A stretch of 64,000 nucleotides of DNA from a virus (IMGVR_UViG_3300037439_000266:269-64268); one strand, 5' to 3'. Shown: positions 7,451-16,030, counted from the first letter of the stretch. A program made the numbers and translations. The notes: a model not told the origin generated them from the sequence alone.

Positions 7451-8178
7451 CAGACCTCTCCCCCTCGAACTTCGTTCGGCGCGGCGGCCTGCTCGGCCCG
7501 GCGGCTGGGCTCATCCTCCAGGTCGGGTTCGGGCAGGGGTCGGACCTCGCGGATTTCGAGGCCAGCAATTCGGCCTGGGCCAACCAGGACCTCGAAGCGT
7601 TGGCCGAGGCTCAGGCGGGCGAAGACTTCGGCGGGGACGGCGAACCCGTCGTCGGTGCCGGAGTTGAGGCCGGTCATGTCGGGGAACATCTGGGCAACCT
7701 GGAAGTTCCGAAGCACGTTCCAGGAGAAAGTGCCCATGCCGTCGATTCGGAAGTGGATCGGAATGAGATCGTGTTGGGAGTAGGTCTTACGGGATTCGAA
7801 ATAGACCACCTCGCCCTCCAGCCAGCGGCCGTTGGCGCGGATGGCGTCCTCCCCCGGGCGGCCGAACGGGGACTTCACGGGGGAGTCGGGCATCGGCTCC
7901 ACGATGAGGTCCACTCGGACCTCTCCGCGCCTGGCCTCCGCTGATGTCGGCGGGGGCCAGTGGAGGGTTCGGTCGCAGACCCTGAACGGCGTTTCGTGGC
8001 CCGGCAAGGTGATCTGGTCTCCATTGTGGGGGAGGAGGCCGCCGTCGATCTCGCCGGGGGGCCAAGCGATGACCTCGAAGGTGAACTCGGGGTCCTCGAA
8101 GGGGTTCGACTCGATGAGGTCGGCGGGGGGAACGACTGATCTGCGCAGGACGCGGACCCTGGCGGTTTCGAATTTCAT
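7450..8178 (-). CDS. Hypothetical protein, 242 aa
   Basis: Coupled ORF; codon bias. Confidence 0.7.
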   Translation of the reverse strand: MKFETARVRVLRRSVVPPADLIESNPFEDPEFTFEVIAWPPGEIDGGLLPHNGDQITLPGHETPFRVCDRTLHWPPPTSAEARRGEVRVDLIVEPMPDSPVKSPFGRPGEDAIRANGRWLEGEVVYFESRKTYSQHDLIPIHFRIDGMGTFSWNVLRNFQVAQMFPDMTGLNSGTDDGFAVPAEVFARLSLGQRFEVLVGPGRIAGLEIREVRPLPEPDLEDEPSRRAEQAAAPNEVRGGEV

Positions 8179-8180
8179 GG

Positions 8181-8453
8181 CTAGAGCCCGCCGTTCTCGT
8201 TGATGATTTCGTAGGCCAGTTCGAGGGCCTCGTCCTGCTGCCGCTGGTACTCGACCTCGGTCATCTCGCCCTGGGCGTCGATTCCGGTCTCGCAGGTGAG
8301 GGTGGTCGCCTCGCTGCCGAGGCCCCTGTCGGCGGCCCACTCCTGGCATGAGTGGCGGGGGAGGTCGGCGGCCCAGATGAGGAGGGCCCCGAGGGCAAGG
8401 GCTGCCGCCCAGTTCAGGAGGCGCGTTATGCCTTCGCGATTGCCGTCTTGCAT
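8181..8453 (-). CDS. Membrane-anchored protein, 90 aa
   Basis: N-terminal TM; promoter -10 TACACT at 8512-8517. Confidence 0.65.
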   Translation of the reverse strand: MQDGNREGITRLLNWAAALALGALLIWAADLPRHSCQEWAADRGLGSEATTLTCETGIDAQGEMTEVEYQRQQDEALELAYEIINENGGL

Positions 8454-8601
8454 TGTGAGGTTCCGTTCTTGTTGGGAGGGAGCCGGGGGCTTGTCCCCCG
8501 GGCACCCCACCAGTGTACCACGGCGTGCCCAGGGGGCACAAGACACCCCCCGGTGCCGCTTGTCACATCTGGGGTTGCGGTCCCGGGGGGCGGTCATTGG
8601 G

Positions 8602-9147
8602 TTAGAAGCCCTTGCCGCTCTGCAGACTGCCCGTTTGCCAGGCCGAGCCCCGGCAGCGGTTGCGCGGGGGGCCGTGCGTTCGGAGACGGCCGGTGGAGTT
8701 GACTGCGAATTCCAGGCCGCAGTAGGGGCACCGGGCCGTCGTCTTGCTCGGCTGGTTGCGGTCGCGGACCCCCTCCGTTCGGATGGGGTCGGGCGTCGGA
8801 ACCTCCGTTCGCATTCGGCGGCGCAGCTCCCGCAGCGCCCCTCGGATGAGGGCGTCGGCCGCCCGGTAGTCGGCCCGCTCAAGGCAGTCGTCCTCGTCGA
8901 ACTCGCCGTCGACCAGTCCGGCTCGGACCAGGGCCGCCTCGACGTCGACCTGCCAGGAGCTGAAGCCGAAGGGGCGCTTGCCGCTGAAGTTCTCGCCCTG
9001 GACCCAGACCTCCTCCGCCAGAATGACGAGGTACTCGCCCACGGTTCGGGCCCCGGACTCGCCAAGGACGTCCATCGGCATTGGGCAGGCGAGGACCTCC
9101 GAGACGCTGGGGGGCCGCTTCTGGGGGATGTCAGTTCCGGTCGTCAT
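8602..9147 (-). CDS. Phage protein, 181 aa (FSGKRPFG motif; C-terminal CPYC..H..C finger)
   Basis: Motifs in translation; RBS gaggagg. Confidence 0.7.
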   Translation of the reverse strand: MTTGTDIPQKRPPSVSEVLACPMPMDVLGESGARTVGEYLVILAEEVWVQGENFSGKRPFGFSSWQVDVEAALVRAGLVDGEFDEDDCLERADYRAADALIRGALRELRRRMRTEVPTPDPIRTEGVRDRNQPSKTTARCPYCGLEFAVNSTGRLRTHGPPRNRCRGSAWQTGSLQSGKGF

Positions 9148-9973
9148 CGGCGTCCTCCTCTGGGGGTCGGGCGAGTTCGCGCTTCGTTTCCTCGACGCGA
9201 ACCTGCTTCTTGGCGTCCTTCTGGGCCGCGCGCCAGCCCGAGGCGACGTTGCTGGTCGGTTTGTTGCGGTGGTGCGCCACGGTGTGGCCTCGCCTTCGTC
9301 GGTTGAGGATGATCACTAAGTTTGGCCCCTTCAGGTTGTGGGTGGGGTCGGTGCAGTAGCAGTCAGGCTCGTGGCCGATCGGCCGCACGCAGGTGACCCA
9401 GCAGTTTCCGAAGTCGCAGACCAGGCCGCACGGCCCATCCTTCTTGGAGAACGGGGGGCGGTCCCCACCTTCGTGGAGGTGGCAGGCATGGTCACCCGAG
9501 TGCCCCAGGAGATCCCCGCAGTTCGACCAGCAGTCGACCCGTGCGCACAGCACCTTGCACGGAGTGAGAGCGGCCCAGGTGCAGGCCCTGTCGGCAGTTT
9601 CGTGCCAGCCGTCGTGGCCTTCTGGTTTGGCGCAGGTGTCGCTGCAGCCCTCGTCCTCGCCGTCGCCCTCCGGGTCCCGGGCGCGGCAGGTCTGGCCGCA
9701 AGGCTTGCGCTGGCCCGAGACCCGCACGGTGAAATTGTTGGGGGGAACCGAGGTGCCCATGAGGAGGCCCCCGTTGACCTCGTCGAACTTCACGTTGTTG
9801 ACTACCATTGAGTAGGAGCCAGGCTTCAACTTGGTCGGCTCGGGTTCGGGAGGGAGCGTGGCCTCGGCCATTCGGGCTGCCCGCTCGTAGGCCACTCGGG
9901 ACTCGGGGTGCTCGACCTCGGCGGCCCGAACATTGTCCTCGTTGTCCCAGATCTCGATTCGGACGCGGGCCAT
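9131..9973 (-). CDS. Cys/His-rich repeat protein, 280 aa
   Basis: Three C-x3-C...C-x3-C-x4-GH repeats. Confidence 0.7.
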   Translation of the reverse strand: MARVRIEIWDNEDNVRAAEVEHPESRVAYERAARMAEATLPPEPEPTKLKPGSYSMVVNNVKFDEVNGGLLMGTSVPPNNFTVRVSGQRKPCGQTCRARDPEGDGEDEGCSDTCAKPEGHDGWHETADRACTWAALTPCKVLCARVDCWSNCGDLLGHSGDHACHLHEGGDRPPFSKKDGPCGLVCDFGNCWVTCVRPIGHEPDCYCTDPTHNLKGPNLVIILNRRRRGHTVAHHRNKPTSNVASGWRAAQKDAKKQVRVEETKRELARPPEEDADDDRN

Positions 9974-10308
9974 CAGTCGTCTCCCTTCGGAGCGGGGTCG
10001 GACCAGGAGCGGCCCGACTGGAAGTTCTCGTGGGCGAACATGTGCTGGGGCTGCAGGTTGCAGTGGTAGCCAGTGTCGCCCAAGACTAGGACCTCGTTGC
10101 ACCACGGCCCCTCAGCGGATTGGACCTGGCGGTCCACAGCCCGCTGGGCGTCGCGTTCGGCGTTCAAGAAGCCCTGGACGGCGTCCGAGGTGCGCTCCCA
10201 GGCTGCGTCGGCCGCAAGGCCATCGACCTTGACTTGGAGGATGTGGGGGACTTCGTGTCCGTCTGCGGTTCGGTGGTCGACCTGAATGAGAACTTCGATG
10301 TGAGCCAT
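9973..10308 (-). CDS. 111-aa protein with a single C...C-x4-H-x3-H unit
   Basis: Coupled ORF; N-terminus resembles that of the neighbour. Confidence 0.65.
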   Translation of the reverse strand: MAHIEVLIQVDHRTADGHEVPHILQVKVDGLAADAAWERTSDAVQGFLNAERDAQRAVDRQVQSAEGPWCNEVLVLGDTGYHCNLQPQHMFAHENFQSGRSWSDPAPKGDD

Positions 10309-10484
10309 TAGAGGACCCGCTGCCAGATTTGGACGACCCAGCCCGCGCAAGCCGCGAGCATCAGGAGGCCCGCCAGCCAGAGCAGGACCAGGCAGCCCTG
10401 GCCGCCCCGGGCCTCCTTCTTCTGGCCCTGGCCGTCGTCGAACTGGCCATAGATAACGTCAGGTTCTTCGGGCTTGTCGGGCAT
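10308..10484 (-). CDS. Small membrane protein, 58 aa
   Basis: C-terminal TM. Confidence 0.6.
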   Translation of the reverse strand: MPDKPEEPDVIYGQFDDGQGQKKEARGGQGCLVLLWLAGLLMLAACAGWVVQIWQRVL

Positions 10485-10489
10485 TTTTG

Positions 10490-11002
10490 TCACACCTTTC
10501 CGTTGCGGACTTGCAGGACATCGAGTTGGTGGGACTGCCACATGTGGGCGCAATCCTCGTCGTCCTCGAACACACCCCGGACGTTCCAATTAGGTTTGAT
10601 CGACTTCTGGTAGACCATTTCCTTGTAGTCGAAGTCCAGAGGCTGGCGATCGCTGGTGCTGTCCCGCATGAACAGGTGGGGCACCTCTTTCGGGCCGTCC
10701 CCCCAGCGACTGAGGAGGTAGTGGTTCTGGAGCTGCTCGATCGTGGCCTCGCGGCAGTCGTCGAAGCGCGCCGTCACGAACAGGAGCTGCTGCCCGGCCC
10801 GCTTGAGGCACAGGGCGACGTCAAGGACGGCCTGAATGGGCTCGGCTTGTAGGAGGCGCTGGCGCGTCTCCCAGTCGGGGTCGATTTGGAAGAGCGTTCC
10901 GTCGAGGTCGAAGATCCAGGCCAGGGGGCGGGGGTCGGTGGTGAAGGTTTCGCCGTCGAGGCTCGCCGAGGCGATGGCCTCATCGATCAGTCTGTTGTCC
11001 AC
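10490..11002 (-). CDS. HAD-family phosphatase (PseT/PNKP 3'-phosphatase-like, no kinase domain)
   Basis: IFDLDGTL, VTAR, LFMR, FEDD motifs. Confidence 0.85.
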   Translation of the reverse strand: MDNRLIDEAIASASLDGETFTTDPRPLAWIFDLDGTLFQIDPDWETRQRLLQAEPIQAVLDVALCLKRAGQQLLFVTARFDDCREATIEQLQNHYLLSRWGDGPKEVPHLFMRDSTSDRQPLDFDYKEMVYQKSIKPNWNVRGVFEDDEDCAHMWQSHQLDVLQVRNGKV

Positions 11003-11160
11003 TACTTCATGCCGCCTTCCCAGTCCTGGCAGTTCAGGGCAATGAGCAGAGCGAAGAACAGCAGGCCGAGGTCCCCGGAGTCCGCGGTGCCCAGCACGAG
11101 CCCGACAGCGGTGGCAACGATGCCGAAGGCGATGAGAGTGGTTGCGAGTGCGTTAGGCAC
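11002..11160 (-). CDS. Small membrane protein, 52 aa
   Basis: Translated manually; two hydrophobic segments. Confidence 0.55.
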   Translation of the reverse strand: MPNALATTLIAFGIVATAVGLVLGTADSGDLGLLFFALLIALNCQDWEGGMK

Positions 11161-11431
11161 CTGGGAACAGCTCCTTCATGAAGTCGCGGCGGCCGATCTC
11201 GACCTCCGCCGGGGGGATGAGGCAGGCCATCATGACGACGATTGCCACGGTGCCGGGGGGGTCCGCCTGGCAGGCGTCATTGACCACCTGAACGAGACGG
11301 GCCATGTCGTCGTCGGACTGGGAGTGGGCGAGGCGGACCATCTCGCCGATTGCGTCGAACATCGCCATGGCTTCGGTCGGATCGCCTGAGACCTCATCGA
11401 GGGTTTTGTACTCGGGTTCTTTTTCGTTCAT
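11153..11431 (-). CDS. Hypothetical protein, 92 aa
   Basis: RBS ggcagga; codon bias. Confidence 0.65.
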   Translation of the reverse strand: MNEKEPEYKTLDEVSGDPTEAMAMFDAIGEMVRLAHSQSDDDMARLVQVVNDACQADPPGTVAIVVMMACLIPPAEVEIGRRDFMKELFPGA

Positions 11432-11489
11432 CGTTTCCTGCCTAGGGTTGGGTTGGGGCCCCGGTGCGGGCCGAGGCCCCGTTCGTGCG

Positions 11490-11597
11490 TTAATTGTCGT
11501 CGCGGTTACGGCGGGAGCCGCCCAGCATGAAATAGAGGATTCCGAGCGAGACGACCGCTCCTGCGATCACCGTTACAACTTCGACCAGCCAGCCCAT
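11490..11597 (-). CDS. 35-aa TM peptide (MGWLVEVVTVIAGAVVSLGILYFML...)
   Basis: TAATG coupling; single TM. Confidence 0.5.
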   Translation of the reverse strand: MGWLVEVVTVIAGAVVSLGILYFMLGGSRRNRDDN

Positions 11598-12040
11598 TAC
11601 TGGGGGGCCCCTTCAGTGGGTTCGGCGCGGAGGCGACGAATAGTTTCTTCCCAGATTTCCTGGAGGTCGGAGTAGGAGATGTCGTTGTCCTCGTCGTCGA
11701 GGAAGCCGTGGGACTGGGCCAGTTCGTCGCGGGTCTGGACCTGGGCGTCCTTCTGGAGCCGGGCCTCGTACTGCTCCTGGGAGCCGTGGCACGCATCGCA
11801 GCAGTAGGCGGAGCGGTAGCGGGAGGTGGGGGCGTCCGGCCACATCGCGGCGGTGCCGTCGTGGTAGCCATCGAACAGCTGCCCGAGGATGCAGTCGGAG
11901 CCGTCGTGGAGGCTGAGGTCATCGAGGTCGATGCGGCTGGGCCAGATGGGGCCGAGGTCCGCGTTGAGCTTCTCCACGCCCCGGTCGACGCGAGCCTGGG
12001 CCTCGACGCGGGTCGTTTCCTTGTGGTTTTCGGTTTCCAT
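11597..12040 (-). CDS. Hypothetical protein, 147 aa (LSLHDGSDCILGQLF motif)
   Basis: RBS aggat; codon bias. Confidence 0.7.
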   Translation of the reverse strand: METENHKETTRVEAQARVDRGVEKLNADLGPIWPSRIDLDDLSLHDGSDCILGQLFDGYHDGTAAMWPDAPTSRYRSAYCCDACHGSQEQYEARLQKDAQVQTRDELAQSHGFLDDEDNDISYSDLQEIWEETIRRLRAEPTEGAPQ

Positions 12041-12087
12041 TCGGGGAATCCTATTCTTTGCGGTTGGTGTTACTTGGGGATTGGATG

Positions 12088-12465
12088 CTAGGGGGCCTTC
12101 AGTTGGGGGCCCAGGTCCTTTCGTGTGTTGCAGGGATAGGGGGTTCGGCATTCGACGCAGATCCAGAGGCCTCCCCCTTCTTCGTCCATCTGATGGGGGG
12201 TGTGGCGGTTCTGGATTCGCTGGAGGACATCAGCGCGGACTTCGGCCCAGCGTTGGACGCGGTCGATCTCCTTGAAGGATTCGTTGAGCCAGGCCACACA
12301 GAGGCAGTCCAAGCGTGCGAGTGCCTGGGCCCTCTGGCTCTCGGTGTTGACCATCGCCATCTGATCGTCCGGGTGGGCTGCTGGGGCCAGGACTTTTCGC
12401 AAGGTCTGCTCGGCCTCCTGCCGCATTGCAGGGAAACCGCCGTTGCCGTGGCTGGTGGTCGTCAC
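12088..12465 (-). CDS. Hypothetical protein, 125 aa, C-terminal CVEC..YPC finger
   Basis: Coupled ORF; H...CxxC..PC motif. Confidence 0.65.
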   Translation of the reverse strand: MTTTSHGNGGFPAMRQEAEQTLRKVLAPAAHPDDQMAMVNTESQRAQALARLDCLCVAWLNESFKEIDRVQRWAEVRADVLQRIQNRHTPHQMDEEGGGLWICVECRTPYPCNTRKDLGPQLKAP

Positions 12466-12611
12466 CGCTTCTCGCCCTCGCCCCGGTTGCGAACCTCGCG
12501 CTCGGGTCGACGGGGCTCGCCCCGAGACTCGCGGTCGTCCTCGCGCTCCTTCCGCTGCTGACGGCGCTCCTCGTAGTAGTCGGACAGGGTCTGGTCGTCC
12601 TTAGACGGCAT
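12462..12611 (-). CDS. Highly charged 49-aa microprotein
   Basis: Coupled ORF. Confidence 0.55.
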   Translation of the reverse strand: MPSKDDQTLSDYYEERRQQRKEREDDRESRGEPRRPEREVRNRGEGEKR

Positions 12612-12891
12612 TTCGGGTCTCCAATTCTCGGCGGAGGGTGCTGGCGCGGCGGTCGAGGTCCGCAGCGGTGATTGCCTGGGGGCGGTTTCCCCTGGCGTCG
12701 CGGAACTCCTGGGCCCATCGTTCGAGGGCGTTGATCTCGATTTCGGGGCCGATGGCGGCGAGAACGGCTTTTGTGGCCTGGGCGTAGCTGGGCTCCGCGC
12801 CACAGCCCCCGCAGGGCTCGAAGTGGTCGACGAGGGCGGTCAGGAGCTTCTGTTCGAGGTCGGTGAGTTTGGGTTCGGTCTGGGTTTCCAC
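12601..12891 (-). CDS. Hypothetical protein, 96 aa
   Basis: RBS gaagga; GTG start. Confidence 0.65.
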   Translation of the reverse strand: METQTEPKLTDLEQKLLTALVDHFEPCGGCGAEPSYAQATKAVLAAIGPEIEINALERWAQEFRDARGNRPQAITAADLDRRASTLRRELETRNAV

Positions 12892-12927
12892 GGTCGGGGT
12901 CCTTCTTTCTACCTTGGTGGTCGGCGG

Positions 12928-13341
12928 CTAAAGGTCGGAGGTGGCGCAGCTGCTGCGAACGGCCCACAGCTCCGGCGGAGCCCAGGCGGCCCAGACCTCG
13001 CAGGGGGCATCGGCGCCAGGGTTCTGGACCAGGTAGTCCCGGAGGGCGAGCTCCTCCTCGTAGGCCTGCTGGAGGAGATCCGCCTGGTCCTGGGGGTCCT
13101 CGGCGGCCATCGCCTCGGCGAGTAGAGTCTGGATGGACTGGTCGCGGTTGTAGAGGTCGAGCCACTCCTCGGAGGGCTGCCAAGGCTCGGCCGCGGCTTC
13201 GACCGGGGCCGAGGTGCTGACGGGGGCTTGGGAGGGGTCGCGGTCGTCGGCGGGCTCGGCGGGCTCGGCGGGAAGAGCGCAGGCGCTAATTGCGAGCCCA
13301 AGGAGGCAAGTGGCCCAGGTCAGGCGCGATTTTCGAGTCAC
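12928..13341 (-). CDS. Putative lipoprotein, 137 aa
   Basis: Basic N-terminus, hydrophobic stretch, lipobox AISA-C, Pro-rich linker; RBS gaaagga. Confidence 0.65.
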   Translation of the reverse strand: MTRKSRLTWATCLLGLAISACALPAEPAEPADDRDPSQAPVSTSAPVEAAAEPWQPSEEWLDLYNRDQSIQTLLAEAMAAEDPQDQADLLQQAYEEELALRDYLVQNPGADAPCEVWAAWAPPELWAVRSSCATSDL

Positions 13342-13915
13342 GAGGGGAATTCCTTTCGGGAGAGTAGGCGTTGGCCGAGGTGCGAGAGAGCGACGCGTGG
13401 CCGGGAGCCCACCAGGGCGAGGAGGCGGGGCCGCCGACAAGCGCCAACGGAGCCTGGATAGACACTCGTGGAAGCTGAGCCGTGTCCGAGCCGCTGAGCC
13501 ATTGCACTGGGGAGTTCGACGCCCAGTGAGAAAGCCAGATCGGGGGCTGTTCGGAAACTGCTGGGGTCGACTGCGGCTCCTCCGGGGGCGGGACTGAGGG
13601 TGAGGTCTCCTCGACCTCCGAGGACCGCGTACCAGACGCTGGTAGGGGAACTGCGAGGTGCCGGATAGGCAACGAGGCAGGGGAGGTTCTGGAGGAGGGA
13701 CCAGTCGGTCGTCGCCATTCGATGGAGATTTGCCCGGGTGTCGTCAAGGTCAGGGGCTCGTTCTGGCGGTAGGGCTCGGCCTGCGGCGTCAGGGAGGGCG
13801 ACCCAGGTGAGACTGGCGGGCCCGAAGCCTGGGACTCCCGGCCCGCCAGAAAGAACGCAGCCGTACAGGCTACGGCTGTCGTCAAAGGGAGTAGGGCTGC
13901 GATCCATTCCATCAC
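13286..13915 (-). CDS. Possible Pro/Ser-rich membrane-anchored protein
   Basis: N-terminal TM, but atypical codon usage and overlap. Confidence 0.3.
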   Translation of the reverse strand: MMEWIAALLPLTTAVACTAAFFLAGRESQASGPPVSPGSPSLTPQAEPYRQNEPLTLTTPGQISIEWRRPTGPSSRTSPASLPIRHLAVPLPASGTRSSEVEETSPSVPPPEEPQSTPAVSEQPPIWLSHWASNSPVQWLSGSDTAQLPRVSIQAPLALVGGPASSPWWAPGHASLSRTSANAYSPERNSPRDSKIAPDLGHLPPWARN

Positions 13916-14045
13916 GTCTCCGATCTAGGGCCGGGGCTTGTCTCCGGGGTAGGCGTCCATCGTAGCACGGGCTGTGCCTGGCGGACAATGGGGGGTCGGA
14001 TGTGGGAGTGGTCACGCTGCCCGGAGCGCCAGCTCCGGCAGCGGA

Positions 14046-14909
14046 TTACAGCTGCGCCACGTAGGCCGAGGCGCCCAGGAAGAGGCCCGGGAGGGCAACG
14101 CGGCGAACGGAGCTGCAGCTTACGTCGCCCTCGGCCCACTGGTCGCCCGCCAACTCTGCCAACATGTTGGCGTAGCCCCGCATCAGGACCGGGAAGGGGC
14201 TGGGGCGATTGGAGGGGTCCGCGGGGCGGGTGGCGCTGAGGGTGGCGCACAGGCTGCCCGCGACGCCGGAATCGAGGCTGCGAGGATAGACCTGGCCGAC
14301 ACTGCGAAGGAGGGCGTAAGGGGGGAAGCCGAGGTGGGAGGCGACCTGGGCGTTCAGTTCTTCGAGGGCCTGTCGATTCCCATTGAAGAGCTGGAGCTGG
14401 TCGACTCCCGTTCCCACGGCGCCGACGATGCCCCGGAACTTCACCTTTCGGGCGAGGCGGGCAACATCGGCACTGACGGACTCCTCGCCACGCCGGGCCA
14501 GGTCGGCGGCGAGGTGCTCCAAGGAGCGGCGGGTGAGATAGAGTTCGAGATTGTCGTCGAGGTCGCGGCCGGTCATGCCGAGGTGGGCGAGCTGGTGGCC
14601 CGCGCGCTCGTTGAAGATTTCGAGTCGGGCCTTCACGTCGTGGTGGACGATGAGTTCGCGGTCGTGGATGGCGCGAAGATCCTCGATTGGGACGTCCAAG
14701 GCGGCACGGTAGTCCTCGATGGCGACGTCTGGGATGTCGAGGCCGAGGTCGCGCTGAGAGGTCATGACGGCCAGCCAGAGGAGGCGTTCGAGGCGGACCT
14801 TGGTGGGGAAGGCCCAGAGGTTGCGCAGCTCCTGTGAGGCGGCTCGGTTGACGAGGTCGAAGCCCCAGTCGGTCGTGGTGCGGTAGCTGGCGTCGTTGGG
14901 TTCGTTCAC
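14046..14909 (-). CDS. purB: Adenylosuccinate lyase (PurB)-derived protein with internal and C-terminal deletions, about 287 aa
   Basis: Collinear with actinobacterial PurB (HHDVKAR, GMTGRD, GAVGT, SVGQVYPRSLD, GDQWxEGDVSCSxVRRVALP) but lacks RSH and SSAMPHKxN. Confidence 0.85.
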   Translation of the reverse strand: MNEPNDASYRTTTDWGFDLVNRAASQELRNLWAFPTKVRLERLLWLAVMTSQRDLGLDIPDVAIEDYRAALDVPIEDLRAIHDRELIVHHDVKARLEIFNERAGHQLAHLGMTGRDLDDNLELYLTRRSLEHLAADLARRGEESVSADVARLARKVKFRGIVGAVGTGVDQLQLFNGNRQALEELNAQVASHLGFPPYALLRSVGQVYPRSLDSGVAGSLCATLSATRPADPSNRPSPFPVLMRGYANMLAELAGDQWAEGDVSCSSVRRVALPGLFLGASAYVAQL

Positions 14910-15094
14910 GGTTCGGGGCCCTTCAAACGAGTCTGGGCCCCTGATGGGCCCAGTCGTTGAGGCACCGCCCGGACTTGAACCGGGGTACACTCGCTTTGCA
15001 GGCGAGGACATAACCACTCTGTCACGGTGCCAAGGCGGCGGCCCGCGAGCACCCCGGCCATCCTCGGTGAATGATTCGGTTACGGGCCGCCTAG

Positions 15095-15184
15095 CGGAAA
15101 CTAGAGGAGTTGAACCCCCGCCCCCATCGCTGGGGACGTCCCGGTTTTCGAGACCAGGTGCACGCCCTGTGGTGCATAGCTTCC
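15095..15184 (-). tRNA. tRNA-Ser(CGA)
   Basis: Cloverleaf, long variable arm. Confidence 0.85.
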
Positions 15185-15195
15185 ATTGACTTGCG

Positions 15196-15278
15196 CGGAG
15201 AAAGGGGGAATCGAACCCCGGCCCGTTAGGACCACCAGATTAGCAATCCGGCTGCCGCTGCCTATCGGCACATTCTCC
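15196..15278 (-). tRNA. tRNA-Ser(GCT)
   Basis: Cloverleaf, long variable arm. Confidence 0.85.
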
Positions 15279-15407
15279 ATGTAGTCTCGGCACGGGCAGT
15301 TGAATCGTGTCCGCTCCGCCCGAGACACCCCGCCTGCTAGCGGACGAGGTCCAGTTGAGCACCCGCCCCCGCGTCCGGGGTTGGGCTCGAAGGTCGGTAT
15401 CACCTTG

Positions 15408-15488
15408 TTGCCACGGTGAGATTCGAACTCACTTAGCCTGGGCGACCGCTTTACAGGCGGCCCGACCTCTCCTGCGGTCAGCGTGGCA
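15408..15488 (-). tRNA. tRNA-Tyr(GTA)
   Basis: Cloverleaf, CTGTAAA loop. Confidence 0.8.
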
Positions 15489-15499
15489 CCAGCTCTGGG

Positions 15500-15913
15500 T
15501 TAGTTACCCTCCCCAGAAGTTTCGAGGTTGACGTCCGGGATGAGCACCTCGGGACGGATCATGATCTCGTGGTGGAAGGGGTCGACCTCGAGCGCGTCGA
15601 GCTGCTCGGCCAGGTACGTGGAGTTGTCGGAGAGGCCGTAGAAGTGCTTGAGGTAAGCGCCCGCGTCGTCACCCTCGGCGACCTTGCAGGTGATTTCGAG
15701 CTGGTTGCCCTCGTCCACGAGATTGCAGAAGCCCTCGATGGTGAGGACGGCCTGACCGGTGATCCCGTTGATGAACGTGATCTCACGGTAGACCTTGAAG
15801 TTGTCGGCGGCGGTGGAGAGGTTGTCCGAGGCGGTGGTGGCCTCGTCGGAGCAGGCGGTGAGAGCCGTTCCGGCCAGGGCCGCGACCAGGATGAGCTTCG
15901 CTACGTTTCGCAT
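15500..15913 (-). CDS. Phage lipoprotein, 137 aa, embedded in the tRNA array
   Basis: Lipobox LTA-C; ASDNLSxAADNF...ITFINGIT motif typical of a phage lipoprotein family. Confidence 0.8.
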   Translation of the reverse strand: MRNVAKLILVAALAGTALTACSDEATTASDNLSTAADNFKVYREITFINGITGQAVLTIEGFCNLVDEGNQLEITCKVAEGDDAGAYLKHFYGLSDNSTYLAEQLDALEVDPFHHEIMIRPEVLIPDVNLETSGEGN

Positions 15914-15940
15914 TGAGTCTTCCTTCTGTCGATTCGGGGG

Positions 15941-16029
15941 TGTAGGCAGTCCGGAATCGAACCGGTCCCCCTTGCAGGGGCGCAGCTTTCGCTGACTGGA
16001 CGCACCAATACCCAGCACTCCGTGCCTAC
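15941..16029 (-). ncRNA. Aberrant tRNA-like RNA (acceptor and T arm, extended D arm, GAAA hairpin, CTGCAAG hairpin)
   Basis: GTAGGCA/TGCCTAC stem; CCGG-TTCGATT-CCGG T arm. Confidence 0.65.
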
Positions 16030-16030
16030 G

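Noticed and set aside
5738-7783. 681-aa plus-strand ORF
   Set aside because: Arg/Gly/Pro-rich shadow antisense to coupled minus-strand genes; typical high-GC artefact
14046-14909. PurB as a simple decayed pseudogene or a fully active lyase
   Set aside because: The ORF is open with conserved motifs and in-frame deletions, yet both catalytic segments are absent; neither label fits, so it is reported as a finding
15941-16029. tRNA-Sec reading (contains TCA, long D stem)
   Set aside because: TCA is not in a 7-nt loop closed by a stem, and no sel genes are present
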